DNA of 64,000 bases from Mobula hypostoma (taxonomy: Eukaryota). Position 1 is the first letter of the stretch. Each line of letters begins with the position of its first letter. Below the pieces are notes generated by a model. It had not been told where the DNA came from. It was given only the letters and a program-made list of their open reading frames with translations, and did not search any database. The DNA lies in contig NC_086123.1 of NCBI RefSeq assembly GCF_963921235.1, positions 30,938,001 to 31,002,000 of the forward strand. Direction: 5' to 3'. Both the position numbers and the translations under genes were made by a program. Shown piece after piece: positions 23,475 to 36,540 of the stretch.

Positions 23475-24924
23475 ATTCCGTTCTGGTGTCAGCATCTGCA
23501 ACAATAACACAGGCACAGGGAAGTCGAGAATGTGAAGCCCGATCTTGAAACGGAAAATAACCTTAAACGTGTCATCTCCGAATACATTTATCTGGTTCAT
23601 TCAGTGACAACCTAAGTGATAAAATGCACGAATCCACCGAAACAAAACAACACAACTGTGCCCAATCCACATCACCTCTATTTCCCCATCATTCTTGCCC
23701 AGATCCCCGTGGGCTGAGCAGCCGTAGTGTTACCCCGTTTCCCGAGCTTCACCCCATCCAGCATATCAATCTTTTCAACGTCCACCATCTCCACCGTGAT
23801 TCCACAACCCGTCACACATTCTGCTCTGCACCTCTTTCTGTTTTCGGCATGGACCCCTCGGTCCGTGACTCACAGGTCCTCAGATCCCTCCACCCACCCC
23901 ACCTCCCCCACCCCCACCAGCGGAACTTTGTAAGTGTAGGATGTGTTACAGCTGACCTCTCCAATGGTCAGCCCGCCTCCATCACCAACCAGTGCCCTAA
24001 AGAGAGACCCAGGAGATCATACAGACGCCAGGAATCTTGAAGAGCAGCCAAAATAGTTGGGGGAACTCTGGAGGTCAGGCAGCATCAATGGAGGGAAATG
24101 AACATCCATAATTCACTCGAGATCCTTCATCAGGATTGGAAAGAAAGGGGGCTGAAGCCAGAATAAGGAGGAGGGATGAGAGAGAGGTGGAGTATAAATT
24201 AGTGAGGGGGAGAATGGATGGGTGTGGGAGTGGGGATGATGTGAGAAGATGGGAGGTGATCAGTGTAAGCACTAAGGGGCTGAAGAAGAAGGAATCTGAT
24301 CGGTAAGGACAGGAGACCATGGAAGGATATGGGGATCCTGGGAGGGTCATGAGGGTAGGGGAGGAAAGAGGTGAGAGGATCACTAAAATAGGAAAAAAAC
24401 TAAAGGGGAGGTGTTGACCAGAACTTAGAGTTTAATGCCATCGGGTTAAAGACTACTCAGACCGAGTATGAGATATTGCTCCCCCAGATTGTGTTTGGCT
24501 TCATCGTAGCAGTGTCCTAAACTGCACTTCCAGGTGAGGCAGACATTCACGTGCACCTCCCTTGGCTTTCTTTATTGTAGCAACTGCTTCTGATGTGGTG
24601 TCCTCTATATTGGTGAGACCAGGTGGAAATTAGACTGGGAATCTCTTATCAGATTCCATCATCTGCTGCTCTTTATCACCTCCACCCATCACTTCCCAGC
24701 TTCTGTCCCCATGTCCACTCTCCCTCCTCCATCCGCCTATCATTCATTCTCAACCGGATCCATCTTGTGTTTAGGACAGCAATAAAGGACCTCCATCTCT
24801 ATCTGGACACAAGGTTTCTTCATTGCTGTTTCTGTGACAATTATTTTTTGACCAGTCACTGTTCTTATCCATGAGCTGAACACCTGAACCTGGAGATGTG
24901 GTGGTCCACTGTTAGTCTGCCCTC

Positions 24925-25475
24925 TGTTAGAGTGAAGTTTTTTGGATAGATGATTTGTTTACACTTAAATGACTTTTGCCACCAGACTTCTATTTGACAA
25001 AGTACTGTGGATTGAGTCCACAACAATGCGCTTCCTAAAGGTGTGAATACCAGATGCTTCTGGTGCCGTAGTTTGACCAGATGCTGTAGTTTCAAAGACA
25101 GTATTATCTGTACTTTATAAATATTAATTGTCTTCTATGTTAGCACATAAAATGCCAAATAAATGTATGGTGGATTTAACTAAAGGCTGTGGATACCAAC
25201 CCAGACATGTTGGCGTCAGAAGGAAAGGATGAAATCCGAAGATGTGATGTTTGTATGTAGCTTCAAAAGGAAGCATTGTCTATAACTTTTTAGGTAGTGA
25301 TGGCCTTTGAGTTTAGCATATAAATATCTGAACCCACATTGGACTAACAGTCCTTTCTACTGGAAGCGTCTCCGTCCATATGATGCCTGCTTGTTGTGTC
25401 GAATGTCGAATAAAGAAGCTGGTTTGAATCTACCAGTGACTCTGACTCTCCATTAATGTCATCCACGCTACAACA
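24925..25475 (+). mobile_element. Solo LTR with 5-bp TSD CCCTC (BEL/Pao- or Copia-type)
   Basis: TGTT...AACA termini, internal AATAAA, absent from the homologous sites in units 0, A, C and E. Confidence 0.75.
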
Positions 25476-25977
25476 CCCTCTACCCTTTGACCTGTTTGGC
25501 ACACGTGACCCTACCAAGAGCCAAAGCAAAAGGCCCTGACTCCAGCCAACGTAACTCTCTGGGTCATTGAGGCACACAAGCCTCCAAGCCCTGCGACAAG
25601 GTTGTGGTGCTCTTGGAATAGATTTACCTGAGCAAACATTAACTATTTGAGAGGTCAGGTGGACATTGCTAATGCTCAGTGTAAGCATACTAAAAATTGT
25701 GGAATCATATAATTTGTTTAAGTTAATATGTAGAATTATCTTCTGGCATGTGTTAATACCTTAGTTATTATCTTTGGGACTCAGCACAAAATTGAAAAGA
25801 TGTTAAACCATCAATTTACACCTAATTCTTAAAATGCACAGACTCATTGATAGATTTGTTTCCTTTGCCTCTTCTTGATCCTGCAGGAGTCTGTTAAAGT
25901 TCTTAAAGTAAAATTCTAGGACAATTAAAGGACAATTTTGAAACCTTTATTCTGGGCTACAGCAATTAATTATTCAG

Positions 25978-26030
25978 GTTTTAAATGACAAAAGGATCAA
26001 TTCCACCTCGCTACATCAGCAAAATTGGAG
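25978..26030 (+). pseudogene. Copy of the 53-nt convergent exon with an in-frame stop (also ~17724, 38513-38565, 45267-45319, 57838-57890)
   Basis: tattcAG|...GAG|GTGAGT; TAC>TAA nonsense change. Confidence 0.5.
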
Positions 26031-26104
26031 GTGAGTTTAAATTCAGAACCTTAATACCATCCGCCCCAATCAAAGGTGCTTCCATTTCAATTAAGATCGA
26101 TATC

Positions 26105-26950
26105 TTAAGACAATAATAAGACACTAACCTATCCCTCAACGTCAGCAAGACGATGGAATTGGTTGTTGACTTCAGAAGGAGTAGTGGACCGCACAACCCT
26201 ATTTACATTGGTGGTGCGCAAGTGGAACAGGTCAAAAGCTTTAAGTTCCTCAGGGTCAATATCACAAATGACCTGACTTGGTCTAACCAAGCAGAGTTCA
26301 CTGCCAAGAAGGCCCACCAGTGCCTTTACTTCCTGAGAAAACTAAAGAAATTTGGCCTGTCCCCTAAAACCCTCACTAATTTTTATAGATGCACCGTAGA
26401 AAGCATTCTTCTCGGATGCATCACAACCTGGTATGGAAGTTGTCCTGTCAAAGACTGAAAGAAGTTGCGGAAGATCGTGAACATGGCGCAGCACATCACA
26501 CAAACCAATCTTCTGTCTGTGGACTCACTGTACACTGCACGCTGTCGGAGAAGTGCTGCCAGGATAATCAAGGACACCACCCACCCAGCCAACAGACTTT
26601 TTGTCCCTCTTCCCTCCGGGAGAAGGCTCAGGAGCTTGAAGACTCATATGGCCAGATTTGGGTACAGCTTCTTTTCTACTGTGATAAGACTGCTGAACGG
26701 ATCCTGAGCCAGATCTGGGCCGTACCCTCCAAATATCCGGACCTGCCTCTTGGTTTTTTTGCACTACCTTACATTCCATTTGTCTATTTTATATGTATGA
26801 TTTATAATTTATATTTTTATTATTTACTAATTTTAACAATTTTTAATATTTAATATTTGTAATCCAGGGAGTGTGAAGTGCAGATTCAAATATTGCTGTG
26901 ATGATTGTACATTCTAGTACTAGTTGTTTGGTGACAATAAAGTGTAAAGT
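26105..26950 (+). mobile_element. Rex1/Babar LINE 3' fragment (copies ~38645-39487, 45394-46240, 57965-58810)
   Basis: LNVSKTxELVVDFRR...FLRKLKKFGL...FYRCTVESIL.GCITTWYG; AATAAA and taaagt tail; absent from spacers 0 and A. Confidence 0.8.
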
Positions 26951-27048
26951 ATATCCTAGGCAAGGGGCTGGCAAACATGCAAATGTGTGCAGAAGAGGGA
27001 ATTCATACTGGAACTTTTGAAAACTGTTATCACAATTCCATGCATAAT

Positions 27049-28162
27049 ATAGAAACATAGAAACATAGAAAATAGGTGCAGGAGTAGGCTATTCGGCCCT
27101 TCGAGCCTGCACCGCCATTTATTATGATCATGGCTGATCATACAACTCAGAACCCCGCCCCAGACTTCCCTCCATACCCCCTGATCCCCGTAGCCACAAG
27201 GGCCATATCTAACTCCCTCTTAAATATAGCCAATGAACTGGCCACAACTGTTTCCTGTGGCAGAGAATTCCACAGATTCACCACTCTCTGTGTGAAGAAG
27301 TTTTTCCTAATCTCGGTCCTAAAAGGCTTCCCCTCTATCCTCAAACTGTGGCCCCTCGTTCTGGACTTCCCCAACATCGGGAACAATCTTCCTGCATCTA
27401 GCCTGTCCAATCCCTTTAGGATCTTATACGTTTCAATCAGATCCCCCCTCAATCTTCTAAATTCCAACGAGTACACGCCCAGTTCATCCAGTCTTTCTTG
27501 ATATGAAAGTTCTGCCATCCCAGGAATCAATCTGGTGAACCTTCTTTGTACTCCCTCTATGGCAAGGATGTCTTTCCTCAGATTAGGGGACCAAAACTGC
27601 ACACAATACTCCAGGTGTGGTCTCACCAAGGCCTTGTACAACTGCAGTAGTACCTCCCTGCTCCTGTACTCGAATCCTCTCGCTATAAATGCCAGCATAC
27701 CATTCGCCTTTTTCACCGCCTGCTGTACCTGCATGCCCACTTTCAATGACTGGTGTATAAGGACACCCAGGTCTCGTTGCACCTCCCCTTTTCCTAATCG
27801 GCCACCATTCAGATAATAATTTGTTTTCCTATTTTTGCCACCAAAGTGGATAACTTCACATTTATCCACATTAAATTGCATCTGCCATGAATTTGCCCAC
27901 TCACCCAACCTATCCAAGTCACCCTGCATCCTCTTAGCATCCTCCTCACAGCTAACACTGCCACCCAGCTTCGTGTCATCCACAAACTTGGAGATGCTGC
28001 ATTTAATTCCCTCATCCAAGTCATTAATATATATTGTAAACAACTGGGGTCCCAGCACTGAGCCTTGCAGTACCCCACTAGTCACCGCCTGCCATTCTGA
28101 AAAGGCCCCGTTTATTCCCACTCTTTGCTTCCTGTCTGCCAACCAATTCTCCACCCACACCA
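27049..28162 (-). mobile_element. 5'-truncated CR1 LINE (RT C-terminal part); copy 46338-47451
   Basis: GVLQGSVLGPQLFTIYINDLD...KFVDDTK; (catagaaa)n tail; ATAAT TSD. Confidence 0.9.
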
Positions 28163-28183
28163 ATAATGATGTAGGAAAGGGAG

Positions 28184-30041
28184 CAGCCTTGGCAGTCAAA
28201 GTGAAGGATAATCCAAAGAGCTTTTACAAGTATATTAAGAGCAAAAGGATTGTAAGGGATAAAATTGGTCCTCTTGAAGATCAGAGTGGCCGGCTTTGTG
28301 CGGAACCAAAAGAAATGGGGGAGATCTTAAATAGGTTTTTTGTGTCTGTATTTACTAAGGAAGCTGGCATGAAGTCTATGGAATTGAGGGAATCAAGTAG
28401 TGAGACCATGGAAAGTGTACAGATTAAAAAGGAGGAGGTGCTTGCTGTCTTGAGGAAAATTAAAGTGGATAAATCCCCAGGACCTGACAGAGTGTTCCCT
28501 CGGACCTTGAAGGAGACTAGTGTTGAAATTGCGGGGGCCCTGGCAGAAATATTTAAAATGTCGCTGTGTATGGGTGAAGTGCCGGAGGATTGGAGAGTGG
28601 CTCATGTTGTTCCATTGTTTAAAAAAGGATCGAAAAGTAATCTGGGAAATTATAGGCCGGTGAGTTTAGCGTCAGTAGTAGGTAAGTTATTGGAGGGAGT
28701 TCTAAGAGACAGAATCTACAAGCATTTGGATAGACAGGGGCTTATCAGGGAGAGTCAACATGGCTTTGTGCGTGGTAGGTTATGTTTGACCAATCTGTTG
28801 GAGATTTTCGAGGAGGTTACCAGGAAAGTGGATGAAGGGAAGGCAGTGGATATTGTCTACATGGACTTCAGTAAGGCCTTTGACAAGGTCCCGCATGAGA
28901 GGTTAGTTAGGAAAATTCAGTCGCTAGGTATACATGGAGAGGTGGTAAATTAGATTAGACATTGGCTCAATGGAAGAAGCCAGAGAGTGGTGGTACAGAA
29001 TTGCTTTTCTGAGTGGAGGTCTGTGACTAGTGGTGTGCCACAGGGATCAGTGCTGGGTCCATTGTTATTTGTCATCTATATCAATGATCTGGATGATAAT
29101 GTGGTAAATTGGATCAGCAAGTTTGCTGATGATACAAAGATTGGAGGTGTAGTAGACAGTGAGGAAGGTTTTCAGAGCCTGCAGAGGGACTTGGACCAGC
29201 TGGAAAAATGGGCTGAAAAATGGCAGATGGAGTTTAATACTGACAAGTGTGAGGTATTGCACGTTGGAAGGACAAACCAAGGTAGAACATACAGGGTTAA
29301 TGGTAAGGCACTGAGGAGTGCAGTGGAACAGAGGGATCTGAGAATACAGATACCAGATTCCCTAAAAGTGTCATCACAGGTAGATAGGGTCGTAAAGAGA
29401 GCTTTTGGTACATTGGCTTTTATTAATCAAAGTATTGAGTATAAGAGCTGGAATGTTATGATGAGGTTGTATAAGGCATTGGTGAGGCCGATTCTGGAGT
29501 ATTGTGTTCAGTTTTGGTCACCAAATTACAGGAAGGATATAAATAAGGTTGAAGGAGTGCAGAGAAGGTTTACAAGGATGTTGCCGGGACTTGAGAAACT
29601 CAGTTACAGAGAAAGGCTGAATAGGTTAGGACTTTATTCCCTGGAGCGTAGAAGAATGAGGGGAGATTTGATAGAGGTATATAAAATTATGATGGGTATA
29701 GATAGAGTGAATGCAAGCAGGCTTTTTCCACTGAGGCAAGGGGAGAAAAAAACCAGAGGACATGGATTAAGGGTGAGGGGGGAAAAATTTAAAGGGAACA
29801 TTAGGTGGGGCTTCTTCAAACAGAAAGTGGTGGGAGTATGGAATGAGCTGCCAGACGAGGTGGTAAATGCGGGTTCTTTTGTAACATTTAAGAATAAATT
29901 GGACAGATACATGGATGGGAGGTGTATGGAGGGATATGGTCCGTGTGCAGGTCAGTGGGACTAGGCAGAAAATGGTTCGGCACAGCCAAGAAAGGCCAAA
30001 AGGCCTGTTTCTGTGCTCTAGTTTCTATGGTTTCTATGGTT
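28184..30041 (+). mobile_element. 5'-truncated CR1 LINE (RT, one nonsense codon); copy 47473-49330
   Basis: NYRPVSL, DFSKAFDKV, GVPQGSVLGP, FADD motifs; (tttctatgg)n tail. Confidence 0.9.
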
Positions 30042-30978
30042 GAGTGAGGTAAAAGTAACACAGTGGGGAATAGTGACAGTTAAACTTCAATATTTACTTT
30101 GGATTAAATAGGAAAGAATGCAGAATAGCTAACATAATGATTCCATTGTGTAAAGTGTTGAATGTGAATTGGGGTTTTTGAGAATCTTGTACATGGTTCA
30201 AACGCCACAATCAAACTTTGGTCAAGATACTTCATCTCTTACCAGGGTCTACAGAATTAGATTAAAGCAATCACACAGAAATGCCAGTGTTCCTGCATTT
30301 AGACTTTTATTAAAAAAATCATTTCAAATCATATTGGAAATTTCAACAATGAAAATTGCAAAACATTTAGAACTTCAACTAATCTGATTTCATTAAATTT
30401 TAATGCTAAAATGAAAATCAAGACCCATTGGAAGAACACAGTAACTGAAGCAAACAATTTTTGAAGTCGTTAAGTCATCTCCCCCTCCCCCATCAAACCC
30501 AATCTTTTTAGTGGGATTTGTTTCAAAACATTGTAAATTGAAATTGCCACAGCAGTTATTTCTGGGTCTCTGAGTGAAACCCATTATATGTGGGAAATCA
30601 TAGACCATCAGATTATGATCAGCCATTCGGAGTTACATTGATCTGAAGAGGAGGTGCAGGTTGCCAGAGTTCCTTTGATATTGTTAATATCTGGCCTCTG
30701 CAAAATTGACAACCCATGTTTTCCAGGCTAAGAAGGCAACAAGGTGATAAGCGACAAACGTCGATGGGAATTTATGTCATTGTCCGACAGACACCCCATC
30801 AGTACAGCATTAATACAGAGCGGAAATCGGTCCTTTGTCCAACTTGTGAATGTCAGTGTGGAACGTAGCAGATAGACAGGATAATGTAACAAAGTGCTAA
30901 CGACAGAATATAGGAATGCAATAAAATACCAATAAATTATTTTTAATCACAGTTTTCTCAACCGTCTGCAGGAGTAAA

Positions 30979-31446
30979 TCAGCCTCCACGTAGCCGGAGC
31001 AGCAGAGAGATGGTGGTTAGTGGTCTGATGTTGTAGTAGGAGAGCAATCGCCCATCCTCCAACTGTTTGCCCTCGTAAACCAGGCGCTGCTGGTCGGGTC
31101 TGACTCCCTCCTGCCGATGGACCCGCTCTTTAAACTTCTGCACGGACTCAGAGGGCATCACGTCGTACGTCGTCGTTTTCCCCTTGTCATTCAGGAGAAA
31201 TATCTGCATGGATTCCTCTTTCCTGACCAGCAACATGACGGTGGGGCTGGGGTTGAGGTTGTAGTAGCTTAGACTTCTGTCGTCCTGCATCTCCACGCTT
31301 TGGCCATTTTGCATCATCAGACGCTGTTGGGAAATGGGCACGTTGGTCTTTTCCTGGATTTTCATCTTGAGTGTCGACACTTGAATGGAAGGGTCGACAT
31401 CAAGTTCGAAACCATCGCCGGTGATAAACCTCACCTGAAGTCTCAT
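30979..31446 (-). CDS. ISG15: ISG15-like modifier C, two Ubl domains (155 aa), LRLRGG
   Basis: Canonical ISG15 size and architecture; C-terminal domain about 55% identical to ubiquitin by manual alignment; ISRE promoter. Confidence 0.88.
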   Translation of the reverse strand: MRLQVRFITGDGFELDVDPSIQVSTLKMKIQEKTNVPISQQRLMMQNGQSVEMQDDRSLSYYNLNPSPTVMLLVRKEESMQIFLLNDKGKTTTYDVMPSESVQKFKERVHRQEGVRPDQQRLVYEGKQLEDGRLLSYYNIRPLTTISLLLRLRGG

Positions 31447-32130
31447 CTTGTCAAATCGCTGTAGAGAAAGGAGAAGTGATTAGAGAGTTTTTACACCAGA
31501 TGTGCATGAACTATGATGTATTAATATGGCATTGCCTATAATATCAACACAATTAGACTATTTACTAAGATCTGTAGACAAACGGGAAAAGACAGACCCC
31601 TCTTTCCCAGCAGTTCTGAATGTGTGACAGGAATTTTGAGCCGCAATACTGACAATTGACGGGAGAGGGACTCCGTGAGCCGGTGGGTTTAAACATTTTT
31701 GAACCTGATTCGATCAGCAGCAAAAAAATGTGTAAATGTCTCATTGGGACCGTAGTAAGTGTGCAACTTGTTTAGATTTCTAAGCCAGGACCATTCCAAC
31801 CGCCGCTTAATAGGGGAAAAAAAATCACTTTTGTCACATCGCGTTAATGGTGTACCGGGGAGAGCATTCGGACTTGTTGCATCACCGTCTGATATGGAGG
31901 GACCACGACACAGGGTCAGAAAAAGCTGCGGAGGGTGGTAAACTCATCCAGCTCCATCATGGGCACCAACAGAGGGTATCTTCAAAAGGTGATGTCTCAA
32001 GGAGAAGGCATCGATCATTCTGGGCCTGCAGGTCATGCCCACTTCTCATTGCTACCATCAGCGAGGAGCCTGAAGACTCACGCTCAACGTTTTAGGAACA
32101 GATGAACGAATGAACAGTATTTTTGTCTGA

Positions 32131-32163
32131 CACACACACACACACACACACACACTCGTATAT

Positions 32164-32197
<34 letters not shown>
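32131..32197. repeat. (CA)n-TATA-(TG)n palindromic microsatellite in the intron (also ~13795-13845, 41712-41770, 61035-61082)
   Basis: Direct observation. Confidence 0.9.
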
Positions 32198-32994
32198 CTA
32201 TTATAATTTATATTATATGTTATGTACTGCATTGTACTGCCGCCCCAAATTGCCAAATTTATCGATTTAAATTAGTGATCACCCGAATTCTGATTCTAAA
32301 TCGATTCTGCTGAGAATGAACTCCATTTACTTTCAACCAAACATTCACCCTCCATCCCCGCATTCCTGCACAGAAAGTGTTCACTCCCGACCCAGACTTC
32401 CCGAGTCACTCAATTCACACGCAAATTATTGTCGTGACATGAACGAAGATTTCATGCACCGTTTTAACAAGACCGTCACTCTACATCAGCCGATTAACGG
32501 GTTTCACCGAACCGTGAGCCGATCAATCTGAGAAGCAGGAGTGGCCATTCGGCCTGCACCGCTATTCAATGATATCCCCGATGATTCTTTACCTCGCCGC
32601 TAGTTGACAACAATTTGTCTCGTATCTATTGCCTCTTTCTGTAAAGTTAGTTTTCTACTAACTTGTTCTCGCCCCGCGTTTTGTCAGCGGTAGAGACTAC
32701 ATTTCCTGCCCGGTTCAGAGGATCTTAGTAATTTAAATTATATTGTCAATGTTGTAAATAGCTAGATAAAAATGAGAACTTTGAGATAATCAAATAAAGT
32801 CTTACAATTTTTGTCGACAGTACCGGAAGTCAGGACGAATCTGAAGAAAATCTGATCCGCAGCTTTTTTTCTTTGCCCTTTATTCCGCACCGACTTTCAG
32901 CTCTGGTCCGGGTAAATCAATAGAAATTCTCCGGCTGCTGCTGATCGGTATCCCCGCTCCTGCAACTCTGCGTCTCTCCGCCTCCCCCGGCTCG

Positions 32995-33185
32995 CTTTAT
33001 CTTCTGCTCCCGTTTCTGAACGTCACCGCGCCGCTGGGCTGATCTCACGGCCCGCTGTCGCTGTGTTGACAAACAAACCAATCAGGTTCCAGCCGAAGTT
33101 TCGTTTCCGAAAAATTCCCCGCAGTAAATTGGAAACGTTTTCGCTCTGTTACAGGGTTCAACGCTATCGGCTGATTCACTTTCGG
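32995..33185 (-). promoter_or_regulatory. Interferon-responsive promoter of C
   Basis: ISRE 33097-33108, kB-like 33109-33120, CCAAT, IRF-E-like site. Confidence 0.75.
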
Positions 33186-33496
33186 ATTCCGTTCTGGTGT
33201 CAGCATCTGCAACAATAACACAGGCACAGGGAAGCCGAGAATGTGAAGCCCGATCTTGACCGGAAAATAACTTTAAACGTGTCATCTCTGAATACATTTA
33301 TCTAGTTCATTCAGTGACAACGTAAATGATGAAATGCACGAATCCACCCAAACAATACAACACAACTGTGCCCAATCCACATCACCTCTATTTCCCCATC
33401 TTGCTTGCCCATCTCCCCGTGGGCAGTCAGTCGTAGTGTTACCCCGTTTCCCGAGCTTCACCCCATCCAGCATATCAATCTTTTCAACGTCCGCCA

Positions 33497-36400
33497 TAGA
33501 ACATAGAACACAGAATAGTACAGCACAGTACAGGCCCTTCGGCCCACAATGTTGTGCCGACCCTGAAACTCTGCCTCCCATATAAGCCCCCACCTTAAAT
33601 TCCTCCATATACCTGTCTAGTAGTCTGTTAAACTTCACTGGTGTATCTGGCTCCACCACTGACTCAGGCAGTGAGTTCCACGCACCAACCACTCTCTGAG
33701 TAAAAAACCTTCCTCTAATATCCCCCTTGAACTTCCCACCCATTACCTTAAAGGAATGTCCCCTTGTATTGAGCAGTGGTGACCTGGGGAAGAGGCGATG
33801 GCTATCCACTCTATCTATTCCTCTTATTATCTTGTACACCTCTATCATGTCTCCTCTCATCCTCCTTCTCTCCAAAGAGTAAAACCCTAAATCTCTGATC
33901 ATAGTGCATACTCTCTAAACCAGGCAGCACCCTGGTAAATCTCCTCTGTACCATTTCCAATGCTTCCACATCCTTCCTATAGTGAGGTGACCAGAACTAG
34001 ACACAGTACTCCAAGTGTGGCCTAACCAGAGTTTTATAGAGCTGCATCATTACATCGTGACTCTTAAACTCTATCCCTCGACTTATGAAAGCTAACACCC
34101 CATAAGCTTTCTTAACTACCCTATCCACCTGTGAGGCAACTTTCAGGGATCTGTGGACATGTACCCCCCGATCCCTCTGCTCCTCCACACTAACAAGTAT
34201 CCTGCCATTTACTTTGTACTCTGCCTTGGAGTTTGTCCTTCCAAAGTGTACCACCTCACACTTCTCTGGGTTGAATTCCATCTACCACTTCTCAGCCCAC
34301 TTCTGCATCATATCAATGTCTCTCTGTAATCTTTGACAATCCTCTACACTATCTACAACACCACCAACCTTTGTGTCGTCTGCAAACTTGCCAACCCACC
34401 CTTCTACCCCCCCCACATCCAGGTCGTTAATACCAGTAGTCACAATCCTCCTATCTGAATGTACTCCCTCCACCACGACCCTCTGCCTTCTGCAGGCAGG
34501 CCAATTCTGAATCCACCTGGCCAAACTTCCCTGGATCCCATGCCTTCTGACTTTCTGAATAAGCTTACCATGTGGAACCTTGTCAAATGCCTTACTAAAA
34601 TCCATACCGATCACATCCACTGCAATACCCTCATCTATATGCCTGGTCACCTCCTCAAAGAACTCTATCAGGCTTGTTAGACATGATCTGCCCTGCACAA
34701 AGCCATGCTGACTGTCCCTGATCAGACCATGATTCTCTAAATGCCCAGAGATCCTACCTCTAAGAATCTTTTCCAACAGCTTCCCACCACAGATGTAAGG
34801 CTCACTGGTCTATAATTACCCGGACTATCCCTACTACCTTTTTTGAACAAGGGGACAACATTCGCCTCCCTCCAGTCCTCCGGTACCATTCCCGTGGACA
34901 ATGAGGACATAAAGATCCTAGCCAGAGGCTCAGCAATCTCTTCCCTCGCCTTGTGGAGCAGCCTGGGGAATATTCCGTCATGCCCTGGGGTCTTATCCGT
35001 CCTAATGTATTTTAACAACTCCAGCACCTCCTCTCCCTTAATATCAGCATGCTCCAGAACGTCACCCTCACTCATATTGTCCTCACCGTCATCAAGTTCC
35101 CTCTCATTGGTGAATACCGAAGAGAAGTATTCATTGAGGACCTTACGCACTTCCACGGCCTCCAGGCACATCTTCCCACCTTTATCTCTAATTGGTCCTA
35201 CCTTCACTCCTGTCATCCTTTTTTTCTTCACATAATTGAAGAATGCCTTGGGGTTTTCCTTTACTCCACTCGCCAAGGCCTTCTCATGCCCCCTTCTTGC
35301 TCTTCTCAGCCCCTTCTTAAGCTCCTTTCTTGCTTCCCTATATTCCTCAATAGACCCATCTGATCCTTGCTTCCTAAACCTCATGTATGCTGCCTTCTTC
35401 CACCTGACTAGATTTTCCACCTCACTTGTCACCCATGGTTCCTTCACCCTACCATTCTTTATCTTCATCACTGGGACAAATTTATCCCTAACATCCTGCA
35501 AGAGATCTCTAAACATCGACCACATGCCCATAGTACATTTCCCTGCAAAAACATCATCCCAATTCACACTCGCAAGTTCTAGTCTTATAGCCTCATAATT
35601 TGCCCTTCCCCAATTAAAAATTTTCCTGTCCTCTCTGATTCTATCCTTTTCCATGATAATGCTAAAGGCCAGGGAACACTGGTCACTGTCCCCCAGATGC
35701 TCACCCATTGAGAGATCTGTGACCTGACCCGGTTCATTACCTAGTACTAGATCTAGTATGGCATTCCCCCTAGTCGGCCTGTCCACATACTGTGACAGGA
35801 ATCCGTCCTGGACACACTTAACAAACTCTGCCCCATCTAAACCCTTGGAACTAATCAGGTGCCAATCAATATTAGGAAGTTAAAGTCACCTATGATAACA
35901 ACACTGTTATTTTTGCATCTTTCCAAAATCTGCCTCCCAATCTGCTCCTCTGTATCTCTGCTGCTACCGAGGGCCTATAGAATACTCCCAATAGAGTAAC
36001 TGCTCCCTTCCTGTTCCTGACTTCCACCCATACTGACTCAAAAGAGGATCCTGCTACATTACCCACCCTTTCTGTAGCTGTAATAGTACCCTTGACCAGT
36101 AATGCCACCCCTCCTCCCCTTTTTCTGCCCTCTCTATCCCTTTTAAAGCACTGAAATCGGGGAATATTGAGAATCCATTCCTGCCCTGGTGCCAGCCAAG
36201 TCTCTGTAATGGCCACTACATCATAATTCCATGTATGTATCCAAGCTCTCAGTTCATCACCTTTGTTCCTGATGCTTCTTGCATTGAGGTACATACACTT
36301 CAGCCCTTCTACCTTACGACCTTTACACCCTTTATTCTGCTTCTCTTTCCACAAAGCTTTCTATATTTTAGATCTGGCTTTACTCCATGCACTTCTTTCA

Positions 36401-36540
36401 CTGCTCTATCGCTCTGGGTCCCATCCCCCTCGCAAATTAGTTTAAACCCTCCCGAACCATGCTAACAAACCTACCTGCAAGGATATTGCTCCCCCTCGAG
36501 TTCAGGTGCAACCCATCCAATCAGTACAGGTTCATCTGTA
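33497..36540 (-). mobile_element. CR1 LINE with APE endonuclease and RT, frameshifted; copy 52824-55865
   Basis: YLNARSI, AITETWL, GGGVALLV, LDLVLGN, FADD motifs; (catagaa)n tail; inserted ~380 bp upstream of the ISRE of C/E. Confidence 0.9.

Noticed and set aside
27835-28953. 372-aa and 350-aa ORFs crossing the CR1 junction (and copies at 46.4-48.2 kb) as novel fusion genes
   Set aside because: Chance joins of antisense CR1, a short host spacer and sense CR1; truncated, with no promoter or splice evidence.
30979-31446. FAT10/UBD, NEDD8 or OASL-tail identity
   Set aside because: The LRLRGG end and [11 protein letters not shown] motif fit ISG15; there is an own ATG 12 nt after the acceptor, a nearby promoter, and no OAS exons in the units.
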